Positions 61,201 to 64,000 of a DNA stretch of 64,000 bases are shown piece by piece. The notes beneath the pieces are model-generated. The model was not told the DNA's origin. It worked only from the letters and a program-made list of their open reading frames with translations, and searched no databases. The DNA is from Phoronis australis (taxonomy: Eukaryota > Animalia > Phoronida), in the NCBI GenBank assembly GCA_002633005.1, contig NMRA01000266.1:515925-579924 (forward strand). Direction: 5' to 3'. Every line of letters starts with the position of its first letter. Position 1 is the stretch's first letter. A program made the position numbers and the translations under genes.

Positions 61201-63619
61201 TCCTTGTTAAATTTATCGAGGAAACTCCATGTCTGTTCTACTTCAGAATGTTGAAAGGTCGAATCTTTTTAACACATCTGTTTCAGAGGGCATCGTGTCG
61301 CCTAAAATATCATGCTGAATTTTAAAATAACAGCATAAAAACCGTTGTTTTTTTGCTGTCCCACTCACTGAATCCATCTTGTAGCAATATGATTTTCGAT
61401 AACAATCCAGTCCACCTAGAGTGCAACATCATACGCAAAAGTTAGGATTTCAAAAACTGCAGCAAGTACGTGTATCAAGGCATGGACATTACTCATAAAC
61501 AGAGCCAACCGCTGATGGAGCAACAGGAAATATCCAACCAATCTCCCAATCCTGACGAGACTCTGGAGGAGCTCAAATTTACACATGCGCAGAAAGTATT
61601 CCTTGGGTTGGAGAGTGAGAAGAGAGTCAAGGTAAACTATGAAACCTTTGTACTTGCGTCAATAAAATGCAACGTATAATTATGACCGCATCGTCGAATT
61701 GCTTAATCGCCCTGATAACGCTGCCAACATTATGGTACTCAGTCCTAAGCTCCGACTACAACATATAGGTGGCGCTGATCATCCAGTTTCACAAGGTGCC
61801 CCGGAGCCTTTCTTCTTTAGAAGGCACAGAACAGTTTTCACAGGGGTTTGCCTATCAGAACACACGTCAATGGATTCATAACTCTTTCTTCACTCCGTCA
61901 AAAACTGCATGCAAATAAAGAAAAGTTTTGGGTCATGTCACATCACAAGCCCTACAGATGAGCACAGAATCTTTATTCTCTCTTGTATTTTTGTCCCTTT
62001 CGGCCCCACTGAAAACCAAGCTAGACTAGGAAAAATAAGGGCAAGTAACCACCACTTCCCTGCCGGTGCTCAACTAAAGCCAACATTAGATTCTGAAAGC
62101 AAATTTCCTGTCGATTCCAAAAATGTGGTCCAATAGTACTGTCAACCAACTAGTTTTTTTTTTGCAAATCTGGCTTGTTTGAGTGCTACCTGAAATCGCG
62201 GCCAATTTCTCAGTTGCTACACTGCAATGCACAATTGCAACCGGGGGCCGCCATCTTGAATAAGAGTGCAGCTACAGCCGAGAAAGTGGCCGTTTTATTC
62301 TCAGCATGTTCACTAATACAAACAAACCGCATTCACTTGACCTACATACAATGCTTAACTAAAAATGCCCCCAAGCCAGGCCTACCCCTGGATTTTATTA
62401 TTTTGGCAAAATGGCCACAACTGCAGCCTAACTGTTCAGTGCCACCTTACTCTGACTCACAGCCCCTCCATTCACTAAGGCAGACACAATACACATAGGG
62501 GGAGCTGATCACCCAATATTCCTGCGTTCTTTCAGCGTTATGATAGAAGATGGTTCTCACTGCCAAACAGAAAATTGCAAAGTTGAACAAAGTTGGCAAC
62601 TTCCTACCAAGATTCAGTCGCTTTATATCAAATGCCAGTAATTTTCAGACCGAATCCAGTGGTAAAAACTAATAGCTATCGTAGCGTGGAAATATTTAGA
62701 GGAAATGTTTGATCATTTTGGGCTTGGAGGGGTTAACTAGTTCCCATTAGTGGCTTAAATTGGGGGGCGGTTGTAAATCATGTGTCGTAGTTCTTTGCGA
62801 GTCGTGATCTTAGTCATACAACTATCCCAGTTGGACTGTATAATTAAACACGAATGGGTTTAGGGCCCGAGTTGAGAAGATAGTTGCTTTATTAACCCCT
62901 ATGGGTTTGAACAGCCAAGCCTGGGATGTAGATTGGTAGATCCGTCTATTTCACGATTTCTGTGTTTGGACCCTGAGCCAACTTGGATATGCACTTTCAA
63001 AAGACCTCAACTCTCGCGAAACAAAGTCTGTTCACGTTCGTTACCTAGCTCAATGATACGATAAGTAAACGGAAGACCATGACGGAAGTGTGGAAAACGT
63101 GGCCAAACGGTCGTGTTCCGTGGGAGTTCGACAGTGACCACCAGTTTCAATTTGAAGTTAGCAAAGACGAAATTTGGAAAGCAATCTACCATTGGCAGAA
63201 TGAAACGTGTCTGCGATTCCCCGAAAGAAATTCTGGTGACGTGGACTACCTCAAGCTCGGCACAGGCAAAGGGTATGTTGTGTGAAAGATACTTTCTCTG
63301 TTACATATGTTAATTTATAAACTAACTAACTGTTTCTTGTAATACCGATTAGAAAACGTTAAAACATAGTTCATACAAGTTGTCTTGCTTCATAGCTGCA
63401 CGCCTCGAGTTGAAGGCACATTCCAAACACTCCCCTACTGGGAAATCCCCCTAGTTTGCACCGCCTTCATAGAGTTTTCTCGAGAACAAACTCGCTGACA
63501 GCGGGAAAATACATAGGAATGTTTAACCCACGAGATATCTGATTCGCAGGTGCTCTTCGTGGGTAGGAAGAATCGGCGGTGGTCAAAAGATTAACTTACA
63601 GGAACCCGGATGTATTCTT
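55257..63619 (+). CDS. Astacin-family (M12A) zinc metalloprotease precursor, 3'-partial
   Basis: Solid exons 63049-63272 (SKRK furin-like site; WPNGRVPWEF..IWKAIYHWQNETCLRFPER..DYLKL..G) and 63550-63619 (GCSSWVGRIGGGQKINLQEPGC). Likely upstream exons: 55257-55382 (signal peptide MASVNHIVPCLIVCFVITRLGKCAP), 58100-58207, 60123-60197 and ~61446-61631 (the last two less certain). The HExxH exon lies beyond the window. Confidence 0.8.
60959..61138 (+). mobile_element. tRNA-derived SINE in an astacin intron
   Basis: D-arm GCTC-AGCGGACTA-GAGC and anticodon arm TCTGC-ACGATAA-GCAGA are intact; T-arm and acceptor stem are degenerate; 3' tail CTGCTGTAAAAAGCAGCGCTAAAAC. Confidence 0.65.
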
Positions 63620-64000
63620 GTAAGTGTTTTGTTGTTCTCACATGTATTTAGTGAATGTACAGCATTCATGTAACATACAAAGTAGAACATAATGTTGAAT
63701 TGTGGACTTCTGAAATATATTAAGTTATGCATACGTCCACCCATGGTTGACTTATTAGAATTATACAGTAATAGCGGTAAAAACGCGGTTCCGTCGAAAG
63801 TTTTGATTGGTCTTAGCTTGTGAGTTTTGTTCTTATTTTGCTAAGAACCAACAGTTGACCATTGGCTGAGACCATGCTAGGCAAATGACGTGACGTGGAG
63901 AGTGAACTTAAGTGAGTCTAACTGGGTCGGGTATTACCGATAAGTACTGGCCAGTTACTTCCAAACCTAGACATCCCCTGTGATTGAAAGTGTGCTTCCG

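Overview
Eukaryotic (marine bilaterian invertebrate-like, AT-rich) draft-assembly DNA with GT-AG introns; nothing prokaryotic, no CRISPR or rRNA. Four protein-coding genes can be read from the sequence: SUCO (SUN-domain ossification factor, + strand, 15 exons in the window, 5' end missing), eIF3g (- strand, complete, convergent with SUCO), a TRIM RING-B-box-B-box-coiled-coil-NHL gene with an intronless CDS (- strand), and the 5' part of a secreted astacin metalloprotease (+ strand, running off the window end). Introns and intergenic DNA hold decayed transposons (Penelope-like GIY-YIG fragment, pogo/Tigger DDE_1+PHD remnant, L2/Crack-type LINE 3' ends, tRNA-derived SINEs, MITEs with TTA, TTAA, 5-bp and 6-bp target duplications) and many minisatellites. 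Three tandem duplications, each joined by a single N, are most likely both haplotypes written in tandem by the assembler. I did not find a clearly new biological system. The best leads are minisatellites seeded on splice junctions (two with the same 38-bp period), unclassified 5-bp and 6-bp TSD DNA elements, a possible decayed hammerhead, and an apparent excess of CTCF-like motifs.
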